This document shows, piece by piece, positions 1-11,081 of a stretch of DNA of 64,000 nucleotides. Source of the DNA: Psammoneis japonica. Its lineage: Eukaryota. Under the pieces are notes generated by a model that saw nothing but the letters and a program-made list of their open reading frames with translations, was not told where the DNA came from and searched no databases. The position numbers and the translations under genes are program-made. The DNA lies in NCBI GenBank assembly GCA_008632985.1, contig QPGO01000189.1, forward strand, positions 1-64,000, written 5' to 3'. How positions within the stretch are numbered: the first letter of the stretch is position 1; the number at the start of each line of letters is the position of its first letter.

Positions 1-929
1 GACGGAGGTGATCTAAAAGATTTCCTCGAGGCGCGCATCCTGCGACACCCAGGCGGATCAGCTGAGTTGTTGCATCCAAGGGTGATTGACAGATGTCTAA
101 AAATGGTTGGCATTCCTGCTAGAGACAACAAGGAAGCCTCCAAGATGGTCAAAAAGCACGACACGATTCTCTTCAAGGATCCTGGTGGTGCTCCGAGACA
201 AGAAAATTGGAGCTGCCGCTCAGTGGTCGGCGCTCTAAACTGTCTTCAAGCTGTGAGCTGCCCTGAACTCACTTATGCAGTTCATCAATGTGCTAGATTC
301 TGCAATGAACCTAAATTGTCTCATGAGAAGGCCATCAAACGCATTTGCAGGCATCTCAAGAAAACCGAAAATCAAGGTCTCATTTTTAAACCTGACCCTG
401 CCAAGTCATTTGAATGTTGTGTTGATGCAGATTGGGCAGAAAATTGGAACAAGGATTGTTCAACCAATTCCAGCAATGCATGTTCTGGAACCGGGTGTCT
501 CATTGCCCCTGCCAGATGTCCCATCATCTGGGGCTCAAAATTGCAATCCCTCATCACACTGTCCACCACCGAAGCAGAAATCATTGCACTGTCTGCTGCT
601 CTCAAGGAAGTCATTTGCATGATGAATTCACTCAAGGAGCTCAAGGAAAGAAGAATTGACACTCCATTTACAAAACCTACGATCAAGTGCACTGCACTCG
701 AATGGAAGACAATTCAGCATGCATCGAATTGGCCAAGAATCCGAAGCTGCGTCCGAGGGGACCAAGCATCTTTGCTTCTTGCCGGTTGTTTCATTTTAGA
801 GATCACATCCGGAAAGGGGATGTTCAAGTTCAACACTGCTCCACCAAAGAGCAATTAGCAGATATCTTCACCAAGCCCTCACCGAAGGAAGCTTTCGAGT
901 GTCTACGGTTCAAGTTCATGGGATGGTGA
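1..929 (+). mobile_element. 3' part of a Ty1/copia (CoDi-like) LTR retrotransposon pol (RT C-terminus + RNase H), degenerate
   Basis: ORFs 67..858 and 687..929 contain copia motifs (x)RSVVG.LN.L, AVHQCARF, VDADWA, IIWGSKLQ..I.LSTTEAE..ALS, EDNSACIELAKNP and EQLADIFTKP. There is a frameshift near 700, and conserved Tyr are replaced by Cys/His. Confidence 0.93.
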
Positions 930-989
930 TTTTCTTTTGAATTTTCAAATTTATCCTCGCAATTCAAATTCGCACGATCTGCGAGGGAG

Positions 990-1147
990 TGTTACTCCGA
1001 GTAGATTTTAGGTATAAACGCGCTACTGAAGCGATCTCAATCGTGTTTCTCCAGTCCCGAGCGAATGCTCTGACTCTCAGAGATTTTAGAAACGTTTAGA
1101 AAAGTAGAAGAGTAAAACTAAGCTCACAATTTATCAGAATTACAACA
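990..1147 (+). repeat. Putative 3' LTR of the copia element (TGTT...AACA) preceded by a polypurine tract
   Basis: GCGAGGGAG at 981-989 is immediately followed by TGTTAC; the segment ends ...TACAACA at 1147. The 5' LTR lies outside the window, so the end is inferred. Confidence 0.7.
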
Positions 1148-1672
1148 TGGTATGCCCATATGTAAGATGCCGCTGGGGCACCAAAGGACAAATGTTGCAG
1201 AAGTATGGAGAGTTTGGTATCGAGTTGCAAATGGTGGACCGCTTTGTCATTGAAGACCGTATTCTGGTGGAACTGCATATGAGGATGGAGTGTGCATTAC
1301 ATGCCAACATTGAATTATTATGCTTGTGGAAGAAAATAATCTTTACGAACGCCTCCAAAGGAATCACCAGATGGAAGCAGAACTGTATGGAGTACCTAAA
1401 GAAGGATGAGTTGAAAACAATTCAAGAATAACAAACGTTTCTCGATTATCGGTAGGCATCACCATGCGGGTGGCACTACGGTATGTCGGGCGCTCAAAAT
1501 GTTTTGCATGTAATGATGATTCTAAATTTCTTCTTATACTTACATCAAAAGCTGGATCACTTTGATCGAGCTTGTCTCTAACTTGTGTCATTCAAAATCG
1601 TGCTTGATCTCGTGGATCAAGCTTCTTCTCTAAGTTGTTTCCTTCATAATCACTCGAACATCGGTCTGTAGA

Positions 1673-3871
1673 TTATAGATCGAACTTCTTCTCTTCAAAC
1701 TTGGAGCCTGATTCCTTCAAAATCATGCGGACATCGACAACCACGACACCTTGACCTTTCGGTAAGACGCGCATGGGATTTATATCCATCTCGGCGATTT
1801 CAGGATGATTGGTCACCATGTTGGAAAGGGAGACGAGGCTCTTTTCCAGTTCTTGAATGTCGGTTTCCGGTCTACCACGGAATCCCTTCAGGAGCTTGTA
1901 ACCCTTGATGCCGCTAATCATACGATGAGCTTCATTCCTCAAAATGGGGGCAAGACGAAATTCAACATCCTTAAACACCTCCACAAAGATACCGCCGATG
2001 CCAAACATGAGCAACGGCCCAAAGACTGGGTAACGATTGGCACCGAGAATGACTTCTTCTCCTTTGGGTGCCATTTTCTGAACAATGACACCATCAATTT
2101 CGGCGTCTGGATTAAAGTCTTCGGCACGCTTGAGGATGAGATCAAAGGCCTCTCGAACGTCCTCTGCCGACTTGAGCTTGACCATGACACCGCCGGCGTC
2201 CGATTTGTGCAGAATCTGTGGAGAGGCGATTTTCAACACGACGGGATAACCCATCTCTTCCGAAAGGGCAACAGCCTCATTGCTCGTTGTGGCTAACTTG
2301 GTTGGCATAGTCTTGAACCCGTAACATTCCAACAGCTTGTAACCATCCACCTCTCCCAAGTGAGTCTTGCCTCGGGCGATGCAGTCTTGGATAATCGCAT
2401 CTGCCTTGTTGGTGTCATGTCTCAGATCAAACTGAGCCAGGTGTTGACGATTGAGCCAATTCGAATAACGATAAAAGGCTCCCAAAGAGCGAGCCGCATT
2501 TTCGGGAAAACGAAAGACGGGAATACCGTGTTCTTGTAAGAAATGAACCCCGGCGGACACATCAATGACACCCATAAAGCAGCATACGATTGGTTTGTAG
2601 GTGCGTCTCGAAATCTTGACAATGGCTTCGGCTGTGCCTAGGGCATTTGTCATGGATTGTGGTGTGAGAATGACCATGATGGCATCCACTCCCTCATCCT
2701 TGACAACGGTAGAAATGGCGTGCTCGTACCGATCAGCGGCGGCGTCACCAATAACATCCACTGGATTCTTCAGGTTGGCGGTGTTGGGCAAGTGACTGGC
2801 GAGTGTTTCAATGGTATCTTCTCGGAAAGTTGCCAACTGGAGTCCAGAAGAGACTGTCATGTCGGTAGCAACAATACCCGGTCCTCCAGCATTGGTGACA
2901 ATGGCCAATTGATTCCCACTGACAACCTTGCGGCGAACATTGCCGAAGCTGTCTTCAATGTGGGAGGCAAAGGTTTTGGCGAAATCAAAGAGCTCATCGA
3001 TGTTATCGACTCGAATAATCCCAGCCTGCTTAAAGATGGCGTCGTACGCGCCTTCGGTTCCAGCGAGAGCCCCGGTATGACTTGCTGCCGCCGCGGCTCC
3101 GGCCAGTGTGCGACCGCTCTTGATTACCAAGACGGGCGTGGGGTGGTTGTCACCGCACGTGATTTCCTTGACCGCGTTGATAAACTTTTGTCCGTCACGT
3201 CGCAATTCTTCGAGATAAATCATAATGACGTCTGTTTCTTGGTCGGCATGAAAGTATCGAAGCAAATCCAATTCATCAACATCGGCTTTGTTTCCAATCG
3301 AGATGAATTTCGCAAAGCCAAAGTCCATTTCGGCTGCGAAATCGAGGACTGCTGTACACAGTGCTCCGCTTTGAGAGATGAAGGAAATGTTACCAGCCTT
3401 GGGCATGCGAGTGCTAAAGCTTGCATTGAGTCTGACAGAGGAGGATGGATTGATGACTCCAAGACAATTCGGCCCGACTAGTCGAACACCGGCATCTTTG
3501 GTCAACTTGACGATTTGGTTTTCAATGTCAAGACCCTCGCCACCGACTTCACGGAACCCTGCGCTGACAATCACAATGGCTTTGACGCCTTTTTCGATGG
3601 ATGCCTTTACAGCGTTCAATGCGACCCAGGGTGGGAGAATGATCATGGCGAGATCGACAGAGTCTGGGACGTCGCTTATGCTTGGATAGGCCTTGATGCT
3701 GGAAACAGACTTGGCCTTTGGATTGACGGGGTATAAAACGCCCGTAAAGCCACCTTTGAGAATGTTGACAAAGATATCGTGGCCTACCTTGCCTGGTTGA
3801 GTGCTTGCTCCAATCACCGCGACCGACTGCGGAGAAAACAGAGCATCGAACGAGTCTTCATTGAAACTCAT
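1673..3871 (-). CDS. ADP-forming acetate--CoA ligase (acyl-CoA synthetase, NDP-forming; fused alpha/beta subunits)
   Basis: 732-aa intronless ORF with LFSPQSVAVIGAS, VGPNCLG, SQSGAL, SIGNKADVDE, SHTGALAG (phospho-His), TNAGGPG, NPVDVIGDA and a C-terminal ATP-grasp (GYPVVLKIASPQILHKSDAGGV, FGPLLMFGIGG, EMDINP). Confidence 0.95.
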   Translation of the reverse strand: MSFNEDSFDALFSPQSVAVIGASTQPGKVGHDIFVNILKGGFTGVLYPVNPKAKSVSSIKAYPSISDVPDSVDLAMIILPPWVALNAVKASIEKGVKAIVIVSAGFREVGGEGLDIENQIVKLTKDAGVRLVGPNCLGVINPSSSVRLNASFSTRMPKAGNISFISQSGALCTAVLDFAAEMDFGFAKFISIGNKADVDELDLLRYFHADQETDVIMIYLEELRRDGQKFINAVKEITCGDNHPTPVLVIKSGRTLAGAAAAASHTGALAGTEGAYDAIFKQAGIIRVDNIDELFDFAKTFASHIEDSFGNVRRKVVSGNQLAIVTNAGGPGIVATDMTVSSGLQLATFREDTIETLASHLPNTANLKNPVDVIGDAAADRYEHAISTVVKDEGVDAIMVILTPQSMTNALGTAEAIVKISRRTYKPIVCCFMGVIDVSAGVHFLQEHGIPVFRFPENAARSLGAFYRYSNWLNRQHLAQFDLRHDTNKADAIIQDCIARGKTHLGEVDGYKLLECYGFKTMPTKLATTSNEAVALSEEMGYPVVLKIASPQILHKSDAGGVMVKLKSAEDVREAFDLILKRAEDFNPDAEIDGVIVQKMAPKGEEVILGANRYPVFGPLLMFGIGGIFVEVFKDVEFRLAPILRNEAHRMISGIKGYKLLKGFRGRPETDIQELEKSLVSLSNMVTNHPEIAEMDINPMRVLPKGQGVVVVDVRMILKESGSKFEEKKFDL

Positions 3872-4177
3872 GGTCGGGACTGAATGTGATGTATAATCAG
3901 GGGTGAGGGGGTGAAGTCTATGATACGAACAACTGGATGCAGAATGGGGTTCGCTATGAGGATGTGTGTGTGAAGCGGTGTAAGATAGAACGAGCTGCTT
4001 GTACTGTATTTTGTGAGAAAACTTGTGGCGATTGGCGAGTTGCGACAGTTTTCACGACTGCTTTTTGCTCCACCACCTGATTTTTCGAAGTCGTCGGAAG
4101 ATTCGGGGTTCGCATTTTAAGCCGGACTCGGCGGATCTTTCTTACCGTGCGTAGATTCCACCAGAAATATTAGCACT

Positions 4178-4185
4178 TGACGTCA
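4178..4185. promoter_or_regulatory. Perfect CRE/bZIP palindrome TGACGTCA upstream of the acetate-CoA ligase
   Basis: Exact TGACGTCA about 310 bp upstream of the ATG at 3871; function is inferred only. Confidence 0.3.
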
Positions 4186-4229
4186 TCTTTGCGCGCAGAT
4201 TCTCGCTCTTCCCTCTCCAGCTCACGACT

Positions 4230-7020
4230 CACGAAAAGCCGACAACATCGATGATGGTTGACGGTGAAGCAAAAGAAGCTGCAGAGAGAGAAAGATGTCT
4301 CGTCGCTTGACAAAAGCATTGGGCAAGAAATCAGAGGGTCGAGCGAGGTTGGTCACATGTGTCAACCAGCTCTCTGTGGCTGTGAGGATCTGCCTCTTGC
4401 GAGAGCCGAGTGCTGTCTCGGAAACAAGCAGGTCACCGGCCAGTCAGAAGTTCTTTGAAACCATCGCGGCCGCCAGTGAGAAAGCCTCCATTGAATGCTC
4501 TTGCGATGCATTGGTCCTTAGAAGAATGTGTGGCAAGACAGCCAGTGGTGTGAGCTTGAGCCGTGCAATTCATGCGACTCACGGACATTGTGGCTTGGCC
4601 CGGGCACCATCGTCAGGCAATCAAATTTGGTGTGGAAAGGGCATGAAGTCATGAAGGCCACAGGTGGCATTGAGGCATCCACTTCATTGAGTGCTTGGGG
4701 CTTTGTTTCTTTCTGTGATTGCTCAAATCTTGCACGTTGATGGAACACTCAAATGGAGGCTGAAGAATCGAGCAACAAAAGCCTCAGTTAAAAGCACTGA
4801 AGAAAAAGGAGAGTGGGTTGCAAGTTCTGTGTTTTAACGGAGTTTGCTTTTGCCAATGGGTGCTCTTTTGAAGGATGTGGAAGACTCTGAAATGAAGGGC
4901 TCCAGAATGCTCCCCGACTCATCATCTCACAGACAAAAGTGCGACGGATCATGCCGTGGCTAAAATGGTTCATGGTTGGATCTACGGGCTTGAGCCATTC
5001 ATGAAAAAGTGGAGCACCATGGTGTCAAAATCCACTCTAGATTAAAACGTCTCCAGCCTGGTCACCAGCCATGTGAGACAGGTTGGAGGACAGAATCTCC
5101 TCTCACAGCAATCACACACATGGACATTGCCAGCCTTGCCAGAGGTTTCGATGTGGAGGCTGAAGCAGGGGACATTTTCTGGGTTGAGACCAACAAAACT
5201 CTTGGGACAATCATTGCTCCTGTCTCAAATTGGTGTCAAGCCACACATCAAGGAGTTGCTGCTGTTGCGAGAGACTGCGCATGATGAGCGCATGAAGAAA
5301 CAAAGTGAAAGAACATTGACAATGGACATGGTGAAGCACTTGGAAAAGCTTTGTTTAAAGGGGCGGTTGGTGAGATGAATAATTTTGGCCATTGAGCAGA
5401 CACAGTTTGGTGAATTGATGGTGTTTTGGATGCAGTTTGAGGCACAACAAGCTTGCTCGCAACCACCCAGCATCAAAGGACTCTGGGTTCCATTGCGTCA
5501 CCCATGACTGAAAGACATGACTCAAGTCAGTGTGAGAATCCAGCCAGGGTTTTGCGCAAGCGCAGTGTTCAACATCACTCACATGAGCCAGGTCACTTGG
5601 GCACACAACATGCAAAGTGCAGTCTTGAGCGGGAAAAGCCCAGATGACATCTTTTGTCCAGGGATTCCATGCTTTGCAATGACAATGCCAATGGCAAGAT
5701 CAGACATGCAATCTGCTCTACAGAGTTTGTCAAGTTGGCCTTTGCGGCGCCCGAGGACAACAAATTTGCTCCAAAGGATCAGAGCCCACCAGTTGCGGGG
5801 TGTGTCATTGAAATCGCACACAGCTGAGATGCCAGTGCACAAACACTGCTTTTGGATGGACATGGCTGCCTCCACCAACCAGTTTGCTCATGTGATGCTG
5901 GTGGAAGTGCCAAGAGGCAACAGACAGTCATTCACAATGTAGACTCAGTGCACTCAGTTGTCTCCTTCATGCACTCATTTTAGTCAATGTTTGACAACCT
6001 GGAGATTTCTTTTTCAGATGTTCAAACAATTGCAGCCACAAATCCTTTGGAAGTGGGATGCGCAGTGTCACCTCAATTTCCTCTTTCACCCTTTTCCGTT
6101 TGGTCTGACATCTCATCCAAATCTGCAATGCCAACTCCATCAGGCAAAACTGTGTGGTCGTTGTCTGGCAGTCTTTGCATCAAATCACCATTTTTGTCAG
6201 CATCAGTTTCAAAGCTTTCCCTTGAACAACATTGGTTCGACATTCTTGAGTGGGAAAGGCACTCTTGTGATGATTTCCACATTGACTTGCAGAGTCATGG
6301 TCGACGCATGTCACTTTGCAAAGACGCATCGACAGAGGGCGGTTTGCACAGGTGGAGCGCAAGACCGTTGCTCACAACAAACAAAGAGCTCAACTCCATG
6401 GCTGTGGCACCCATGCCGGCAGGAGGCAGGCATGTGTGAATCAAGGGGAACAAAACGCCGGCGGCAACGGGAATGCCAAGGCAATTGCACACCAGAGAGA
6501 GCACAAAGTTCAATTGAATCCGGCGAAAAATGACTCGTGACAAGTCCGGTGCCATGCAAACGTCCGCCACATCCCCCTCCTCACCAAAACCATGTCGGAT
6601 GCTTCCGCTGCAATTTTTGCCCCCGTCCCAAGGCGCTCGCTCCAATGTCAGCTTGTGCCAGGGCAGGCGAGTCATTGACTCCAACCCCAACCATTGCGAC
6701 AACCCGCCCCTCTCCTTGGAGTTGGCACACATGGCGGAGCTTGGATGCGGGCAGTGCTTCCAAGATGACTTGGTTCTGAGAAAGACTGAGACACTTGGAA
6801 ATGGCCCTTGCGGTGTGGGAATTGTTGTCCCCCGTGACCATCCACATGTCAATGTTCATTTTCTTCTGCAGATGCAAAATGGCCGATGCTGCATCTGGTT
6901 TCAGCTCGTCCGCAACGCCCATTGCTGTCAACACCTCGTCGTTGAAAGCCGCCAGAATGGCTGTCTTTCCATCCTCTTCCAAGGCAATCATTTGTTCCTG
7001 CACTTGAGGGGGCATGCCTG
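4230..7020. other. TpA/CpG-depleted, TpG/CpA-rich degenerate domain containing gene fragments
   Basis: Very few TA dinucleotides by eye, and dense spurious C/H/Q-rich ORFs on both strands. Confidence 0.8.
6295..7015 (-). pseudogene. Truncated P1B-type (Cu+) heavy-metal ATPase fragment (P-domain end and last TM helices)
   Basis: ORF 6581..7186 has GVADELKPDA, WMVTGDN and VAMVG(V)GVNDSPALAQADIG. ORF 6295..6852 has LSRVIFRRIQLNF...(Y>C)NCLGIPVAAG...AM(E)LSS..VVSN. It is frameshifted, has GDG->GVG and lacks the N-terminal half. Confidence 0.88.
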
Positions 7021-7178
7021 CGGAAACATTCGTACCGCATGTAGCCCAAGATTTCTTACAGCCCATAAACCTAAAGACGATTGTGCAACATGGAAACTCC
7101 AAACTTTTGTGCACTTCGTTCTTCGTTTTTGCAAGAGCGTCGCAAGCCAGAACCTTCAACGAACACAATAACAACGGC

Positions 7179-9523
7179 ATGTTCATTACTATAACCTTCT
7201 CTTGTATATTTCTGCTTGTCTCTGCATCATCTCATGGCTTTTCTCATCGAAATGCCCGAAGAACTCTGCGTTCGGATGTATTCAGCACCAAATGCTCTAT
7301 CGAACTTTCGGATGAGGCTCTGATCGTCGACGGAGAAGCGTGGTTGACACCGACACAGAGATATTGTGTCCGAACGAATGGCGAAGAAGTCTGTGAGACA
7401 GATTCAGTACCATCATCTTATCGAACAGGAACTGATGCACTCGGGCATTTTGAAGAAAAATTCTCGACCTACGACTTGTTCGAGGTTGCGGCACGCAAGT
7501 ACGACTCCGATCCAAGGACGTTATTGTTCACTCAGACATTCCTTGAGACAATTAATGGTACAGATATCCCAGCAGCTTCTGCTGCCGAAGCAGCTTCGAA
7601 CGGGGTTTCGAGCTGGTTTCCAAGTTTTGAGATTCCAAGTCGTGCATCTAACGTCGACTCTGACAGACCTCCCCTCGGCATCTTTGAGCTTAGTGGCATG
7701 TTTATCGGTGCTGATGGTTATCAAATCTCAGCAATTCATGACTTGAAAGAAAGTAATCCACTGGAGAGCGGACCAGTTGCAATTTTCAGTGAAGAATGTG
7801 TGGTAGTCATGTCGCCTGCCTCTGCCTTCATGACTACGAGTAGTTTCTACAGGAAAGACATTCAACAGCTGGGATTTGGTGTCATGGGCTCTATCAAGAG
7901 CATACCAGATAACCATCGGACTTCGATAATTTTGTCGGCATATCCAAGCAAAGGAAATGGACCAGATGGGATCCGCCAAGCGTTTTCGAGGTGGGGCAGC
8001 AAACTCCAGAAACTTCACAACACGCAACGACTTCGTGACGTAACTTTGGATTACTTGCAATATTCCACAGACAATGGCGCTTACTACTACTATCACACAG
8101 AAGAAAACAAGGACTACGAAGTACGATTTTCGATCTCAAAGAGTATACCGAGGAAGTTGGCTTGCCTTTCCGTAGTTGGCTGGCCGACTCATGGTGGTAT
8201 TCAAGGGAATGATTCTGGAGTTAAGGAATGGATTGCTCGTCCAGACGTATTCCCTGATGGCATGAAGGGCGTACACGACACTACGAACTGGATGATAATG
8301 GCACACAATCGCTTCTGGAGTTCAGAGACAGTGTACGCCAAACAGAACGGAGGCGACTTCGACTTTATACTAGAAAAGTATGGTCTACCTCTCGAGGAGA
8401 CGTTCTGGGACTATCTATTCGGAGAAGCAAAGAAATGGGGACTTGATGTTTACGAGCAAGACTGGTTGAATGTTCAAAGCCAGAGTATGAATCTTACTCT
8501 CCAAAACATCGGAGCAGCAAGGCGGTGGTTGATGCAGATGGGTAAGGCAGCCAAAAGACGAGGGATCCCAATCCAGTACTGTATGGCTTGGCCCAGGCAC
8601 TTGTTGCAATCATTGGAGATCGATGCAGTTACGCAAATTCGAGCATCGGACGATGTAACTCCAAACAGTGGGAATTCGATAAGCTTGGGCGTGACTAGTA
8701 TGTTTGCACATGCGTTGGGAGTGACTCCACACAAGGATAGCTTTTGGAGTACACCAAGCGACCAGCCTGGAAATCCTTACCAGGACTACGAGGAGGCTAG
8801 CGTTCTACTCTCTATCATTGCTACATATTCTACCGGACCTGTAGCTCCATCAGACAAAAAGAGTTCCTGAATGTTGGACTGATCATGAAGTCGTGTTCGG
8901 CAGATGGTACAATATTGAAACCCGACGTTCCGGCCGTTCGAAACGATGCAACATTTCTCGCCGATGCCTGGTTGCCAACCACCAGTTTCCAAAGGAATCA
9001 AACTTGGAGCACAAGAACTAGTCTATCAGGATTCACTTGGACCTATACGTTATCTGCAGGAGCACCCTCATTTCACTTTTCGCGAGAAGATTTCTATCCG
9101 TCAGACTCAGCGACTCTGGGTAGGATCACGTGGAATCTCAACACAATGACAGGAAACACAATCATGATGCTTTCAGACCAGTCAGTGGTACCGGCAAGCA
9201 ACCGCACTCATCCTCAGCTTGTAGTTGCAGCTCCACTTTTCCCCAACCGATGGGCGTTTATTGGGGAGGGAACCACAAAATGGACCTCCGTCAGTCGTCA
9301 AAGGTTTTCAAACCTTGAAATACTCCAAGCAGGCTTCAAGATAGACGTGATTGGAAGTGCCGACGAGATTGTCGAGATGATCATCGTTGACCCCCAAAAG
9401 CAAGTACACCACAAGACTTGCAAGCTTGGGAAAACAGGGTATTCCGTCTTTGACACCGCTTCAATGTCTTGTAAAGAGGTGGAAAATGCACTCCACGATG
9501 CTAAACTTCAAGAGGAATCCTAA
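7179..9523 (+). CDS. Secreted putative glycoside hydrolase (uncharacterised family with a YSTDNGAYYYY motif, TIM-barrel GH-like)
   Basis: Signal peptide MFITITFSCIFLLVSASSHG; motifs YSTDNGAYYYY, FPDGM, AHNRFWS, YEQDWL, IQYCM, RASDD, STGPVAPSD and DGTILKPD. An alternative frame at about 8123-8210 restores LPFRSWLADSWWY, and a poly-A slip at about 8860 joins ORF 8885..9523. These are probably assembly indels. Confidence 0.75.
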
Positions 9524-9827
9524 CGCTCTTCGCAAAGTAAAGTGTACTTTTCGATTTGACCAACATGTACAGTTCAAATCTTGAAGATCAACCCGATAGG
9601 GTAGCAGGACTAAGACTGCTTCCATTCATAAGAACTCTTGCACAGTATTCAAAACAGGTCGACTTCGCAATGTTGTTACTAGTGTCTTGCTAGCTGATGC
9701 AACAGTGCGAATACTCTCACCCTTCTCGTTTGTCGGTTTGTCTGGCTACGGCAAGTAAACTAAAGGGAAACACAGTGCTTCGATTTCGAACAAACTATCT
9801 TTTCCGAAGTAGTTAGTAAGCCCAAAA

Positions 9828-11081
9828 TCACAGTCTCTCTTCAAGGCCCTTCCTTGTTCGAGCTTCCAACATTAGCGAGTAACTCCGCAGACTAGAAGCG
9901 AATCTTTTCATACAAAGGCTCTTTATGCAGATGCATCTTGGCTCGAGAGCATTGCCAAGGTTTTCCATTAAGGATAAAGACTCAAGTAGTCCGTCTGGCC
10001 CCGACAGCCCTCCGATATCTGCATAAATAACATCGTATGCCGAAAAAAGAGATTCTGTTGAGTTTTCTGGGTAGCACTGTTCCTTTATACGCAAAAGATC
10101 CATTGAACGAAAACCGTCTCCGACACAGAATTTCATATGTGGATGTTCTTTTTGTACTCTTTGAATGATTTTAGGTCCTATGTCAACACCAATACAGTAG
10201 CCCCCTTCAGACGGATCGGCTGCTTCGTGAACCAGAGCGGTGGTTACTCCACTGAAACAACCAACCTCTACCACTTTATCCCCCTTTTTGATCACATGTG
10301 GGATAGTGCGACGGTATTCCTCAACCCCCACACCTGCAACAATGTACGGTTTGCCATCCCGACTAAGGGTTTTCAAATCCTTGACTTCACTGCCGTCGAA
10401 AAGTCGCTGCGCGTGAACAAGCCTTCTGGCTAGTGAGGCAATTGATTTTGATTTGACAATCACAGCCCTCGGCCGGGTTTTGTTTCGCACCATTTCATCG
10501 ACAAATTCATTGAGAACAGAAAGTGACGTCAGCCCCAAGTCGTTTCCCAACATAGCCGTTGCATCGAGGATCATTATGTCGAAAGGAGTGTCAAAGTTCA
10601 TATCGATGATTGATTTCCACTGAGAGAAGTGGTCCAGTTCAATACATTCGTAGTTCTTTGACAATTCACCATTCGATCCCCCCTTAAATTTCTCAACATT
10701 TCGAGTACCTTGTGAAGTTCGCCCGGACGTAGTTTCAGTTCTCTTGATGTCAACAAGAACAGCGCTTCCCGACGACCCGACTCCTTTAAGAATTGCTTCC
10801 GTTGACGCATCAAGTTGTGTGCCAAGTTCCAATACTCGATCTCCATCTCTTATGAATTGCGAAAGGGCTTTCCCATGTTCGACTGTTGAAGTTGTTGAAA
10901 TGTACGGGATTGGTTTGATGCGAGTTCGGGGCTTTCTGTTATCCGATGTTGATGGACCTTGCGTTTGATCTTGAGACTTTTGGGGGGTGATTGAAAAGGA
11001 GGTCACAAACCTAGCGGGGAACAACACCAAGTACCAAAAAGGCAAGACCGAAAGTCTCCCTCGATGTATCTTCACATTCAT
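9828..11081 (-). CDS. SAM-dependent methyltransferase-like protein with two Rossmann-like repeats and an N-terminal targeting peptide
   Basis: 417-aa ORF with repeated GDRVLELG...LVDI and GDKVVEVGCFSGVTT...IGVDIG motifs; the hydrophobic N-terminus ends in VTSF. Confidence 0.7.
   Translation of the reverse strand: MNVKIHRGRLSVLPFWYLVLFPARFVTSFSITPQKSQDQTQGPSTSDNRKPRTRIKPIPYISTTSTVEHGKALSQFIRDGDRVLELGTQLDASTEAILKGVGSSGSAVLVDIKRTETTSGRTSQGTRNVEKFKGGSNGELSKNYECIELDHFSQWKSIIDMNFDTPFDIMILDATAMLGNDLGLTSLSVLNEFVDEMVRNKTRPRAVIVKSKSIASLARRLVHAQRLFDGSEVKDLKTLSRDGKPYIVAGVGVEEYRRTIPHVIKKGDKVVEVGCFSGVTTALVHEAADPSEGGYCIGVDIGPKIIQRVQKEHPHMKFCVGDGFRSMDLLRIKEQCYPENSTESLFSAYDVIYADIGGLSGPDGLLESLSLMENLGNALEPRCICIKSLCMKRFASSLRSYSLMLEARTRKGLEERL

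Noticed and set aside
1147..1431. 94-aa ORF right after the LTR
   Set aside because: No recognisable homology, and its start overlaps the LTR end.
7014..7178. Upstream extension of the hydrolase ORF
   Set aside because: The signal peptide begins at ATG 7179; the upstream in-frame part abuts the ATPase relic and looks non-coding.
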